From IMG/VR virus record IMGVR_UViG_3300008952_000006, positions 64,001-128,000 of that record: a stretch of 64,000 bases of DNA; one strand, 5' to 3'. This document shows positions 18,785 through 26,856 of the stretch, piece by piece. Each line of letters starts with the position of its first letter. Position 1 is the stretch's first letter. The stretch is from a virus. The notes beneath the pieces are model-generated. The model worked only from the letters and a program-made list of their open reading frames with translations. It did not search any database and was not told where the DNA came from. A program made the translations under genes and the position numbers.

Positions 18785-19978
18785 TTAAACGACTCCTGGT
18801 CCTTGGGGCCCCTGGGGTCCGGGAGATCCCGGGGGCGCTGCGGCAGGTGGGCCCGCCATGCCCGGGCCAACAGGTGCGGGTGCGCCTGCAGGGGGTTGCG
18901 CGCCTTGCGGCGGCATCGCTCCCTCAGGCCCGGGCGGTGGCGGCGGTTGGGGAGCGCCAAATAATTGGGCTGCTGAAGATGACATATCGGGGCCTTTCAG
19001 GATAGCCAAAAGCTCCTGCATGCCCATCTGTGTTCTGACAACAGCCGCCTGTGCCATTTGAAGTTTCCCCGAGACGCTCTCAAGCTCTTGGGTTAGACCC
19101 GTAACTGGGTTTGACATCAGCATGCCCATCCCAAGCTTCTTAAGCTCCTCACCGTGCCCAAATTCAACTAAGCTTCCAACATGCTCACCAATAACGTTTA
19201 GTAGCCCTTCGGAAGCACCGCCAGCCTCAATTGCATAACCAATAATACCTGCGCTATTCCCGGCCCGAGAAGCCTCTTTGCACAGGTCCTTAAGAGCTGC
19301 CAGCTTGATGCAGAAGTGGTCGCCAAGAACTTCTTTTTCAGATTCAGCGTTTTTGTTCTCTGCGTGTAGGTCCAAAAATTCACGTGCGGCGTCCCTGGTG
19401 CCGGGGTTAACGTGAGGCTCGATACCAGCCTTCTTTTCTAGCGAGGCCCCGTAAGTGTTGAGGAATCCCTGAACCTGCTCTGGCGTGTAGTCTGGGTATG
19501 CCTGCTTTACGGCGTCCCTGGCTGCCACCCCCTGCTTAATAAGCGTGCGCACGGCGCTGACATTAGCGGTTTTTTCCATACCTGATCCAGTAAACACGTC
19601 CTCCAAATCAATGGCCTCTTGGCCAGCGATATACCGAAAGTGGCTAGGCACAGCAGGCCTGTTCACAGAGGCCGTCTTCTCTTTTGTGGGGGACAGGCTT
19701 TGAGCCACTGCTGTGGCCTCCGCCATGGGGAAAGTGATATTTTTATCGAAGCCAAGCTTAAACATGGTCGAAAAAGTATCATTATTTGCATACTCGGAGA
19801 CACGTTTAATCTGCTCGAGATTCAACCCAGACTCTTTGGCAAACTCTAGAATGGTGTCATTCAGCGGAGTCTTGTTCTGAACATACCGTACAGCAGCCTG
19901 CTTCCCCATGTGCCTAAGCTCCGAAGAAGAGAGACCAGCGTCTTCCTTGGTTAACAAATACTTTTCTAGTTCGTTCAT
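18785..19978 (-). CDS. Head core/scaffold-like protein with Pro/Gly-rich tail
   Basis: EKTAS, EKTAN, EKKAG, KLAA, KEAS motifs; start overlaps terminase stop (TAATG). Confidence 0.65.
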   Translation of the reverse strand: MNELEKYLLTKEDAGLSSSELRHMGKQAAVRYVQNKTPLNDTILEFAKESGLNLEQIKRVSEYANNDTFSTMFKLGFDKNITFPMAEATAVAQSLSPTKEKTASVNRPAVPSHFRYIAGQEAIDLEDVFTGSGMEKTANVSAVRTLIKQGVAARDAVKQAYPDYTPEQVQGFLNTYGASLEKKAGIEPHVNPGTRDAAREFLDLHAENKNAESEKEVLGDHFCIKLAALKDLCKEASRAGNSAGIIGYAIEAGGASEGLLNVIGEHVGSLVEFGHGEELKKLGMGMLMSNPVTGLTQELESVSGKLQMAQAAVVRTQMGMQELLAILKGPDMSSSAAQLFGAPQPPPPPGPEGAMPPQGAQPPAGAPAPVGPGMAGPPAAAPPGSPGPQGPQGPGVV

Positions 19979-21615
19979 TAGTATCTCCGCTTCTTATTAT
20001 CTTCTTTGTCCCCTATAGGACTGATAATATCAGGTCTTGGGTGCTGCATCATAGAGGCCAAAAAACAATACGTTAGCGAATGAAGGGTATCATCCGTGGT
20101 ACCAGGGGTCCTCTGAACAACTGTGGTTCTCCTAGATTCATTATACTCCGTAAATACAGATAACATATCACTACCAAAGGGTTGTTCAATCTCTTCCCAT
20201 TTCGGAAAAGCAAATTCATTTTTTCGATTGAGTGCGTTAATAATCGCCATTAATGCCTCTGTTCGGTTCACCATGAATCTACTAAGGCTCTTATCAAAAT
20301 AGAGCTTTTTAGTGTTTACGTACTGATACCGCGCGATCCTTCGGATGCCAAATGTTCTAATTAGCTTATCATTTCTGTCAAACCCACCACCGTAGTCTAC
20401 ACCAACTACTGCTATATTAAAACGATCAATATAACCACTAATAACGCGCATTAAATTCTCAGGCTCGGCCTCCTCGCCCTCAAAGCGCTTCATAAGCAGG
20501 ATATTAAAGCGGTCCTTAATATAGCAACCTATAGTCATTACCGTGTAGGAATTCTCAGCGGTTCCCCAATCTATCCCCATAAACATTTTACTGCGTCCCC
20601 TGAACTTATCGGCGTCTGCCATGCTCCGGTCGGTGCAGTTCGCTATTAGGGTGTCTCTAGTCAGAGGCTTGCTACCAGAGTCAAATGGGAGCCCGAGCAC
20701 CTCGTTGTAAAACTGGGCTCTGCTGTAGCGTTTCTTCTTATCTAAAATTTCGTGCCAATTCACCCAAGGCGTAATCACCTGAGGAATTCTATACCCCTCG
20801 AAGGGCTCCTTGATTGGTGGGTTCTCCAGCCAGTGGGGGGACCTCATAGAGGCCCACTGGGCCTTCTCGTGGCTAGGGTTTATCTGCTTGTTGCACTTGT
20901 CACACATCAAGAAGTCGGGACCAATATTATCGATCCCTATCTTATTCCAAGCGTTACACCCGTCGCAAGGGATTACCCACTCGTTCTGGGTAGAGAACTG
21001 ACTCCAGTAGTAACTTATTGTATTATCGACGCTTTTGGGGGTTCCTGAATATCGCAGGATCTTGAGGGGGGAGTGTGCTAGAGCCTCTTCGATTACGGGG
21101 ATAACTTCCGTTAGAATGTCTTGGATCTCATCAAGAAGCAACATATCAGCCGAGATGCCACGGACACGATCAGCATGCAGGAAAGCATAGCGCATAGTTA
21201 GATCAGACCCAGTTATGAACTTCTTATACAGAACGTTATTCTTGGTGTTCTCTCCCCTGGAGAACACCTGTAGGTGGGGAGACATCTCGATAGGGGTAGC
21301 GATACGGTCTCTTGAAAACGTCTCAGTCTGCTGCTGGGTGGGGCTTACAAACAGCGCGCGAAAATGGCGTCGGAGCAGTGTATATGTAAGAATAATATTC
21401 CCGAGTGTGGTACTCTTCTCTACCTGCCGCCCACAGAGCAACAAAACTCTACGAGCGGGGGTATCATATATAGGGAGAAGGTATTCACGCCCTTTGAAGG
21501 AAAACTTATTGAGATCACCCCCTGTAGCAATATTCATAAAAGAACCCACAAACTCGGTAGGAAACATCTCCAGCGATTGCTGTATGGTTTCCTCTGTCTC
21601 GTGAACTCGAATCAT
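19978..21615 (-). CDS. terL: Terminase large subunit (lambda gpA-like)
   Basis: Walker A GRQVEKST, Walker B LLLDE, coupling motif GTP, CxxC..CxxC finger, nuclease MGIDWG, GVDYGGG and C-terminal DDTLH. Confidence 0.9.
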   Translation of the reverse strand: MIRVHETEETIQQSLEMFPTEFVGSFMNIATGGDLNKFSFKGREYLLPIYDTPARRVLLLCGRQVEKSTTLGNIILTYTLLRRHFRALFVSPTQQQTETFSRDRIATPIEMSPHLQVFSRGENTKNNVLYKKFITGSDLTMRYAFLHADRVRGISADMLLLDEIQDILTEVIPVIEEALAHSPLKILRYSGTPKSVDNTISYYWSQFSTQNEWVIPCDGCNAWNKIGIDNIGPDFLMCDKCNKQINPSHEKAQWASMRSPHWLENPPIKEPFEGYRIPQVITPWVNWHEILDKKKRYSRAQFYNEVLGLPFDSGSKPLTRDTLIANCTDRSMADADKFRGRSKMFMGIDWGTAENSYTVMTIGCYIKDRFNILLMKRFEGEEAEPENLMRVISGYIDRFNIAVVGVDYGGGFDRNDKLIRTFGIRRIARYQYVNTKKLYFDKSLSRFMVNRTEALMAIINALNRKNEFAFPKWEEIEQPFGSDMLSVFTEYNESRRTTVVQRTPGTTDDTLHSLTYCFLASMMQHPRPDIISPIGDKEDNKKRRY

Positions 21616-21844
21616 GAATGAAGAATCCCTTAAAAGAATTGTTGCGTCTCTTTCCAGAGCGATTGGTAATGACCTATTGGCCTATGAGAAAAAGGAAGAC
21701 TCTTGGGAGTTATCCATATGGTCACCCATTCTACCGAGTGAAAAGAAACTTCTCAACGACTTCATTAGAAGCTCCTTGGGGCCACGGGTCAAGGTAAGGA
21801 TTAACTCGAAAAGAGGAAAAATAGTAATATCTAAAAAGAAGTAG
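21614..21844 (+). CDS. Small hypothetical protein antisense to the structural operon
   Basis: 76 aa; exactly fills the gap between terminase start and the next stop; no clear RBS. Confidence 0.45.
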   Translation: MNEESLKRIVASLSRAIGNDLLAYEKKEDSWELSIWSPILPSEKKLLNDFIRSSLGPRVKVRINSKRGKIVISKKK

Positions 21845-21845
21845 G

Positions 21846-22115
21846 TCATTTCTCGCCCCCTACATCCGAAAAATCATTGCAGACAAAGTCAGATCTAACC
21901 GGAGACTGGGCGTACCTTGAGCACCAACCGTCACCCTTCCAAGACCTACCAGCAGTGTAGGTAAAGTTCTCACAGCTTCCACAGGACGCATAATCCTTAG
22001 ACACTCTGAGGTTGGGTGGGTTGGCCTGGGCTAGCTTTTGCCGAATTCCTTCCAAAGAATCTGGAGAAAAGGCCAGGAGACTTCTTTTGGGTTGTGGGTT
22101 TTTTGGCGTAGACAT
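21846..22115 (-). CDS. Small Cys4 metal-binding protein (HiPIP-like spacing)
   Basis: From ATG 22115: CGSCENF..GWCSRY..V..VCNDF; QKLAQA motif; overlaps the helicase 3' end. Confidence 0.5.
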   Translation of the reverse strand: MSTPKNPQPKRSLLAFSPDSLEGIRQKLAQANPPNLRVSKDYASCGSCENFTYTAGRSWKGDGWCSRYAQSPVRSDFVCNDFSDVGGEK

Positions 22116-23772
22116 AGCGGGTCTTCCCTTGCGAATCTGTATATTTGTACAGGTGCTTTTTGTTCTTATAAGCCTTATAAAATTGCTTTTGCTGCGTAAA
22201 CTTTCCTCGCGCAACACTATCCATCCATTGGTCAGTTGTTCTGGGGGTTGTCTTGCCAAACATTCTTCCAATGACACCCGGCTTTGCGCTTTCCGGCGCA
22301 ACGCTCTGATACCTCCGGACATTGACAACACGCTCTTCTTCGGGGCGATGCTTCTGACCACCCAGCCTTCTAGCGCGGCCCTCGGCCTGCAAGACTCGCT
22401 GAGGGTTGAAGTGGCCGTCAAGAGAGTAAAACGCAGTGGAGTTTCTAAGGTCCAAGCCTTCAGCGCCCGCCCCACTCAGCACGATAACTCGCTTCTTACC
22501 CTCTTTGTAGTCTTTGACCCCAGCCTGTCTCGAAACGCCGGTAACCTTATCACCACCAACGGTGGTGCCCTTGCCCACAAATACTGCGTGAGAGATACCT
22601 AGGTCTTTTAGGCCAGCAGAGATAACGTCTATGCCGCCGCGCACAAGGTTTGAATAGAGGACCACTTTATTATCTGGCGCTTCTGCCAAATGCTGTTTAG
22701 TGTCCTGCAGTAACTTGCTAACTTTGGGGGTTCTCTTTGCGGACTGCGCAAGCGTTATATCGCTCCGCCCAGCCTCAAGAGAGTTCGAGAGTTGACGCGC
22801 CTGGGATATCTGCGCGAAGAGCATCTTGGCGTCTTTTACAGTTATATTAGGGTCTTTCTTCGTGATGTACTTTTTTATGGGGCCCAGTTTATCTAGAGAC
22901 AATTGGTACAGCCTGTACTGCTCCTTAGACATAGGGACTTCAACAACCTTGGTTTCCTTCCGAGGCATTGACTTGCCTTTCAGGCTCTTAGTCTCTACGT
23001 AGTCTATTTTTGTGCCTGTCCGCTCCCGTAACTCTGCGACATTCCGCATGCCGACAACTTTCTTCTTCGAATCGTTAAACCCCTTAGTAAACCCAATTGT
23101 CTCGGTGTACCTCCGCTTAAACTGCTTAGGGGTCATATCCCGAGTCCCCTCGGACAGGGTAAGCAACGTGGCTAACTCAGAAGGTCTATTATTAATCATA
23201 GACGCGGTGAGGCCCATAAAATTAGTAGCTAATTGCCGTGCCGCCTGGAGCGCCTTGTAGGTGCTCGCGCTCTCATTACGTGTCTTGTGAAACTCATCCG
23301 CAATGATGGTGTCTGCGCCCGTTCTCTTCATAAAGCCAATAGGGTCACGGCGAAACATCGCGTAGCTTACAATTGTATAGTCCTTGTCGGACTCCTCCCC
23401 GGGGCGGATGTACCCAGACTTTTTTGACTTCTCTGAGGAAGACCCAATTGCCTGCCATGTACTATTAGTGAACTTCTCAACACCGTTTGTTGCGAAGTTG
23501 TCTCGAAGGCCCGAGGGAACAATGACAATAGCCTTTCTGGCCTTGCCCTCATGCTTCATTTTCTCAAAGCCGTAGATGCTGGTGACAGTCTTCCCTGTGC
23601 CCATCTCATGGGCGAGGATCATCTTGCCCTTATTAGCGAAAAGCCTATCAATGGCCGCCGCCTGATGTTCATAGGGCTTAAACCACTCTTTCAAGGAAGG
23701 AATCCCTGTCCCGTGGGCAGGTTTATCCACTTTCTCAGCAGCCTTCTTTATTAAGTAGTCACCTAAGGGCAC
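21997..23772 (-). CDS. SNF2-family SF2 helicase/ATPase
   Basis: PYEHQ, LAHEMGTGKT, DEFH, LTAS..N, GAEGLDL, FNP..QAEGRARRLG. Confidence 0.9.
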   Translation of the reverse strand: MPLGDYLIKKAAEKVDKPAHGTGIPSLKEWFKPYEHQAAAIDRLFANKGKMILAHEMGTGKTVTSIYGFEKMKHEGKARKAIVIVPSGLRDNFATNGVEKFTNSTWQAIGSSSEKSKKSGYIRPGEESDKDYTIVSYAMFRRDPIGFMKRTGADTIIADEFHKTRNESASTYKALQAARQLATNFMGLTASMINNRPSELATLLTLSEGTRDMTPKQFKRRYTETIGFTKGFNDSKKKVVGMRNVAELRERTGTKIDYVETKSLKGKSMPRKETKVVEVPMSKEQYRLYQLSLDKLGPIKKYITKKDPNITVKDAKMLFAQISQARQLSNSLEAGRSDITLAQSAKRTPKVSKLLQDTKQHLAEAPDNKVVLYSNLVRGGIDVISAGLKDLGISHAVFVGKGTTVGGDKVTGVSRQAGVKDYKEGKKRVIVLSGAGAEGLDLRNSTAFYSLDGHFNPQRVLQAEGRARRLGGQKHRPEEERVVNVRRYQSVAPESAKPGVIGRMFGKTTPRTTDQWMDSVARGKFTQQKQFYKAYKNKKHLYKYTDSQGKTRYVYAKKPTTQKKSPGLFSRFFGRNSAKASPGQPTQPQSV

Positions 23773-23833
23773 GTGATAACCTCAACTTCTACGGCTTGTA
23801 GACTTACGCCACGCATGGTTTTCTTCCATCATA

Positions 23834-25729
23834 TTATCGCCTCGTTGCCAATGCTGCACCAGCCCCCGCAAGCATTGGAACTGCTGCGGCCTCCGAAAAG
23901 GTTAATCTAGCAGGGGTAACCCCTCGGTTTAGTAACTGCTGCCCCTTACCAGACATTGCTCCCCTGCCCATCTCCGCAACCCGCCTCGCGGCCCCGCCAA
24001 CTGTGCGAGAAAAGTCTCTAGAGGCGGGGGAAATTCCGTAATCCATACCCAGCTCTAGCGCTGTTGTTGCGCGAGATTTCCGCATCCCCGGCAAGAACGC
24101 CTCACGGACACCCTGCCCAGCAGACTCCAAAGCTTTATCCTGTATTGTTTTCGATTTGGTCCCCAGCCCCTTAAGGGCATTAACTCCTAAGTGAGCGCCA
24201 CCAAAACCAGCTAAACCTGCCGCAACATGGGCGGGTATGGTAGCACCGCCGCTAAGAAGCGCTGACGCGCCTAGTGCGCCGAGGCCCGCACCGCCCACAA
24301 TTAGATCGGGCAAGGCCGAGTTTTTCTTAGGGTCCTGAGCTAACGTTTTAGGGAGACCGCGTACTGCGCGCCCTTCCTGAGACAATGCGCCTCTGCCGCT
24401 GTGAAGCATTGCTTGGTAAGCCTTTTGAATGCTTGCGCCACCCGGAACGCGGCCCATAACCATTCCGGTTGCGAAGGGAGACTTGCCGCCTTTACCTATA
24501 GCTTTATCAATAGCTTCCGGTAATTGGTTCCAGACAGGGGTGGGTTCCCCACGCTTGCTTGTTTTCATTACGGGAGTGATACCTTTCTTGAAAATCTCCA
24601 AGGCTTGCTCTCTGTAGCCAGGGGGCACTCCGCGTAGAAGCTTGCCAAATTCGATCCCCATCTGCCTATTGTACTTCAATGACGGGAGAGCCACTCCTAG
24701 GGCAACGCCGGATCGTAACCCCGGATTTGTCCGACCTGCCAAACCCTCGCGGATGCCGATAGCCAACTGGTCTACCTTATGGCGCTGCATCCACTCCTGG
24801 GTTTTAGGCCCCCCGGGCATGCGTCGGAGCAAAGCCCCAGGTTTTCCGTAGCCCATCATCGCCTTTTCAGCGCCATGGAAAATAGGGAGAGCCGCAACGC
24901 CCACCGCAAGATGGTGCGCCGCTGCACCAGCCAACCCCATGCTGAGGGGGCCAATGGCTTCTTTCGTTATAGAGCTATTCTTTTCCATGGCCTTTAGGGC
25001 ACCATCGACTGCGGCAGACAAGACAAGCCCGCCGAGAAGCCCGCCAGCCGCGCCACCACCAGCCGCTGACGTAGCCTTCCTAAACACCTGATTGAGTCCT
25101 TTTCGGCCACCTGGGCCCATGCCGCCCACGGCCACGCTTTCCGCGCCCCGTGCTAACGCGCCCATTGCAGCACCAGACAACGCAGGCAACATGTACTTTT
25201 TATATGTAGAGGTTGTGCCGTCTTTTTTCTTTTTTCTTCCCGCAGCGATGCTTAACCCCATAGCAAGTGCGGCGGGGGTTTTATAACTAATTCGTGTAGC
25301 GCCAAGACGTAAACCGTGTCGAGCCGCAGCGGACCCAGTGACGCCCTTACTTTTAGCCCTGGCAGCCCTGTACCCTTCTACAAATCCTTTTTGCCCCTGA
25401 TAGATAGCTGCGGTCGAGCCTAAAAGAGCTAGGCCTTTCATCTGGGTGGATTTGTCTTTGGAAGAGACATTTTTCAATCCCTGAAGAAAGATGGGGGCTG
25501 TAAGAATGCCGATACCAGCGCCGATAGCGCGCCCAGAGCCTCGACCCTTAAACCCTTGTTGCAGCAAACTTTTTGTGGTCTTTTTAGACCCGAGAAGTTT
25601 GGATTCTACGGTGTGTTCGATGGTCCCCTTGGGGAGATCACCAATAATAGCCTTGGCCCCAAAAGCCGGTGCTGCCAGAGCTACCGATTTCAAGTAACCG
25701 TGTCCGGTGTCTTTTTTATTGCTGCCCAT
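23834..25729 (-). CDS. Long basic Gly/Ala-rich protein with multiple hydrophobic segments (ejection or tape-measure-like)
   Basis: 631 aa; many GxxxG segments separated by Lys/Arg clusters; central TKEAIG motif. Confidence 0.55.
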   Translation of the reverse strand: MGSNKKDTGHGYLKSVALAAPAFGAKAIIGDLPKGTIEHTVESKLLGSKKTTKSLLQQGFKGRGSGRAIGAGIGILTAPIFLQGLKNVSSKDKSTQMKGLALLGSTAAIYQGQKGFVEGYRAARAKSKGVTGSAAARHGLRLGATRISYKTPAALAMGLSIAAGRKKKKDGTTSTYKKYMLPALSGAAMGALARGAESVAVGGMGPGGRKGLNQVFRKATSAAGGGAAGGLLGGLVLSAAVDGALKAMEKNSSITKEAIGPLSMGLAGAAAHHLAVGVAALPIFHGAEKAMMGYGKPGALLRRMPGGPKTQEWMQRHKVDQLAIGIREGLAGRTNPGLRSGVALGVALPSLKYNRQMGIEFGKLLRGVPPGYREQALEIFKKGITPVMKTSKRGEPTPVWNQLPEAIDKAIGKGGKSPFATGMVMGRVPGGASIQKAYQAMLHSGRGALSQEGRAVRGLPKTLAQDPKKNSALPDLIVGGAGLGALGASALLSGGATIPAHVAAGLAGFGGAHLGVNALKGLGTKSKTIQDKALESAGQGVREAFLPGMRKSRATTALELGMDYGISPASRDFSRTVGGAARRVAEMGRGAMSGKGQQLLNRGVTPARLTFSEAAAVPMLAGAGAALATRR

Positions 25730-26039
25730 TAGTCTGTACCGCCTTCGAGATTTTTTCGACCATCCGCTCTATTAGGCCCTCATTTAGGATAGATAATTCT
25801 TTGACCTCACCATACCAGCTATCAACCTCTGGTACGTACTCTACGATAACGTTGTCCTTGGGGAAAGCTGAAAAGGCGGAGGTAAGTGAGTCCCCAAAAT
25901 CTTTAGGAAACTCGGGTTCTCCCCAAAAGTGGAATTTAACGCCTGTGTCATACTTGTAGTATTCGGTCTTGACACCAGGAACGACCGTCTTGGCTAAAAC
26001 AAAAATAACAGGTTCAATTTTAAAACTGGTGTTAAACAT
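25716..26039 (-). CDS. Hypothetical protein
   Basis: 107 aa, tightly packed, co-oriented. Confidence 0.6.
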   Translation of the reverse strand: MFNTSFKIEPVIFVLAKTVVPGVKTEYYKYDTGVKFHFWGEPEFPKDFGDSLTSAFSAFPKDNVIVEYVPEVDSWYGEVKELSILNEGLIERMVEKISKAVQTNGQQ

Positions 26040-26041
26040 AC

Positions 26042-26833
26042 CTAATCCTCGCCCCTCTTCAAGCTTTCCAAGCTTGTAATATCACGCTTGCCCAGTTTAA
26101 TGGCAACACTTCTCAGTTCTTCTAGAACTTGTTGAACCTCATCCCCGGTTCTATTTAATTCTTCTGTAGCCTTAAAGATGTTTTCAGCCCACATTTTGGC
26201 TGTCATGGCCGTATCTCTATTATTGGGAGACGCAGTAGTTTCGAAAAACCGCATGGCTGACTCGTGAAACACGCTCCGGATAACGTCCTTCTGGGGCAGG
26301 TCTACACGGTACCCTGTGCGCCATAGAGCATATTCAATGCCCTGCTTATAGCATTGCTGGAGCATCTTCCCGTCTGGGTACTTATCGAGGTATGCGAACC
26401 ATTCACGCCCAGACAATAGCTCCCGATTCCAGAAGTAATGTCTATACATATCGATGGTCTTTTGGGCCACCTTTTGACCACCGATCTCCAAAATATAACT
26501 GCTAATATCCTCTAAAGAAGCATCACTCAGTATTAGGGCTTCCAGCAGGGGCCTTATTTTTGTGTCCCCAAGCAGGTCCCTTGCGCGCAGAGCGTGCCTC
26601 TGCTCCGTAGCCATGGACATGATGCGTTGGCGTCTGACCCACGCTTTTGTGGGGCTGTTTGTAATATCGAATCTGGCGGGTTTTGTTTCTCTAAGCTTTG
26701 CGTTAATCCCTCTGAGGTACTCGCTCGACGGCTCTGGCATGCGGTACATACACGCAGCCGCAGCAATTTGCCCCTGGTTCAGACCAGAGAACAAAAGCAT
26801 GTATTTTAGCCAGTACTCATTGGGTTGTTTCAT
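26042..26833 (-). CDS. Hypothetical helical protein, possibly DNA-binding
   Basis: 263 aa; HTH-like segments (LNQGQIAAA, SLEDISSY..QKTIDMYRHYFWN). Confidence 0.6.
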   Translation of the reverse strand: MKQPNEYWLKYMLLFSGLNQGQIAAAACMYRMPEPSSEYLRGINAKLRETKPARFDITNSPTKAWVRRQRIMSMATEQRHALRARDLLGDTKIRPLLEALILSDASLEDISSYILEIGGQKVAQKTIDMYRHYFWNRELLSGREWFAYLDKYPDGKMLQQCYKQGIEYALWRTGYRVDLPQKDVIRSVFHESAMRFFETTASPNNRDTAMTAKMWAENIFKATEELNRTGDEVQQVLEELRSVAIKLGKRDITSLESLKRGED

Positions 26834-26856
26834 AACTTCCTATTTATAAGTTCACC

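Noticed and set aside
26841-26848. T4-type late promoter TATAAATA on the minus strand
   Set aside because: Only one copy noticed, 7 nt from the start codon, and no gp55-like sigma factor seen
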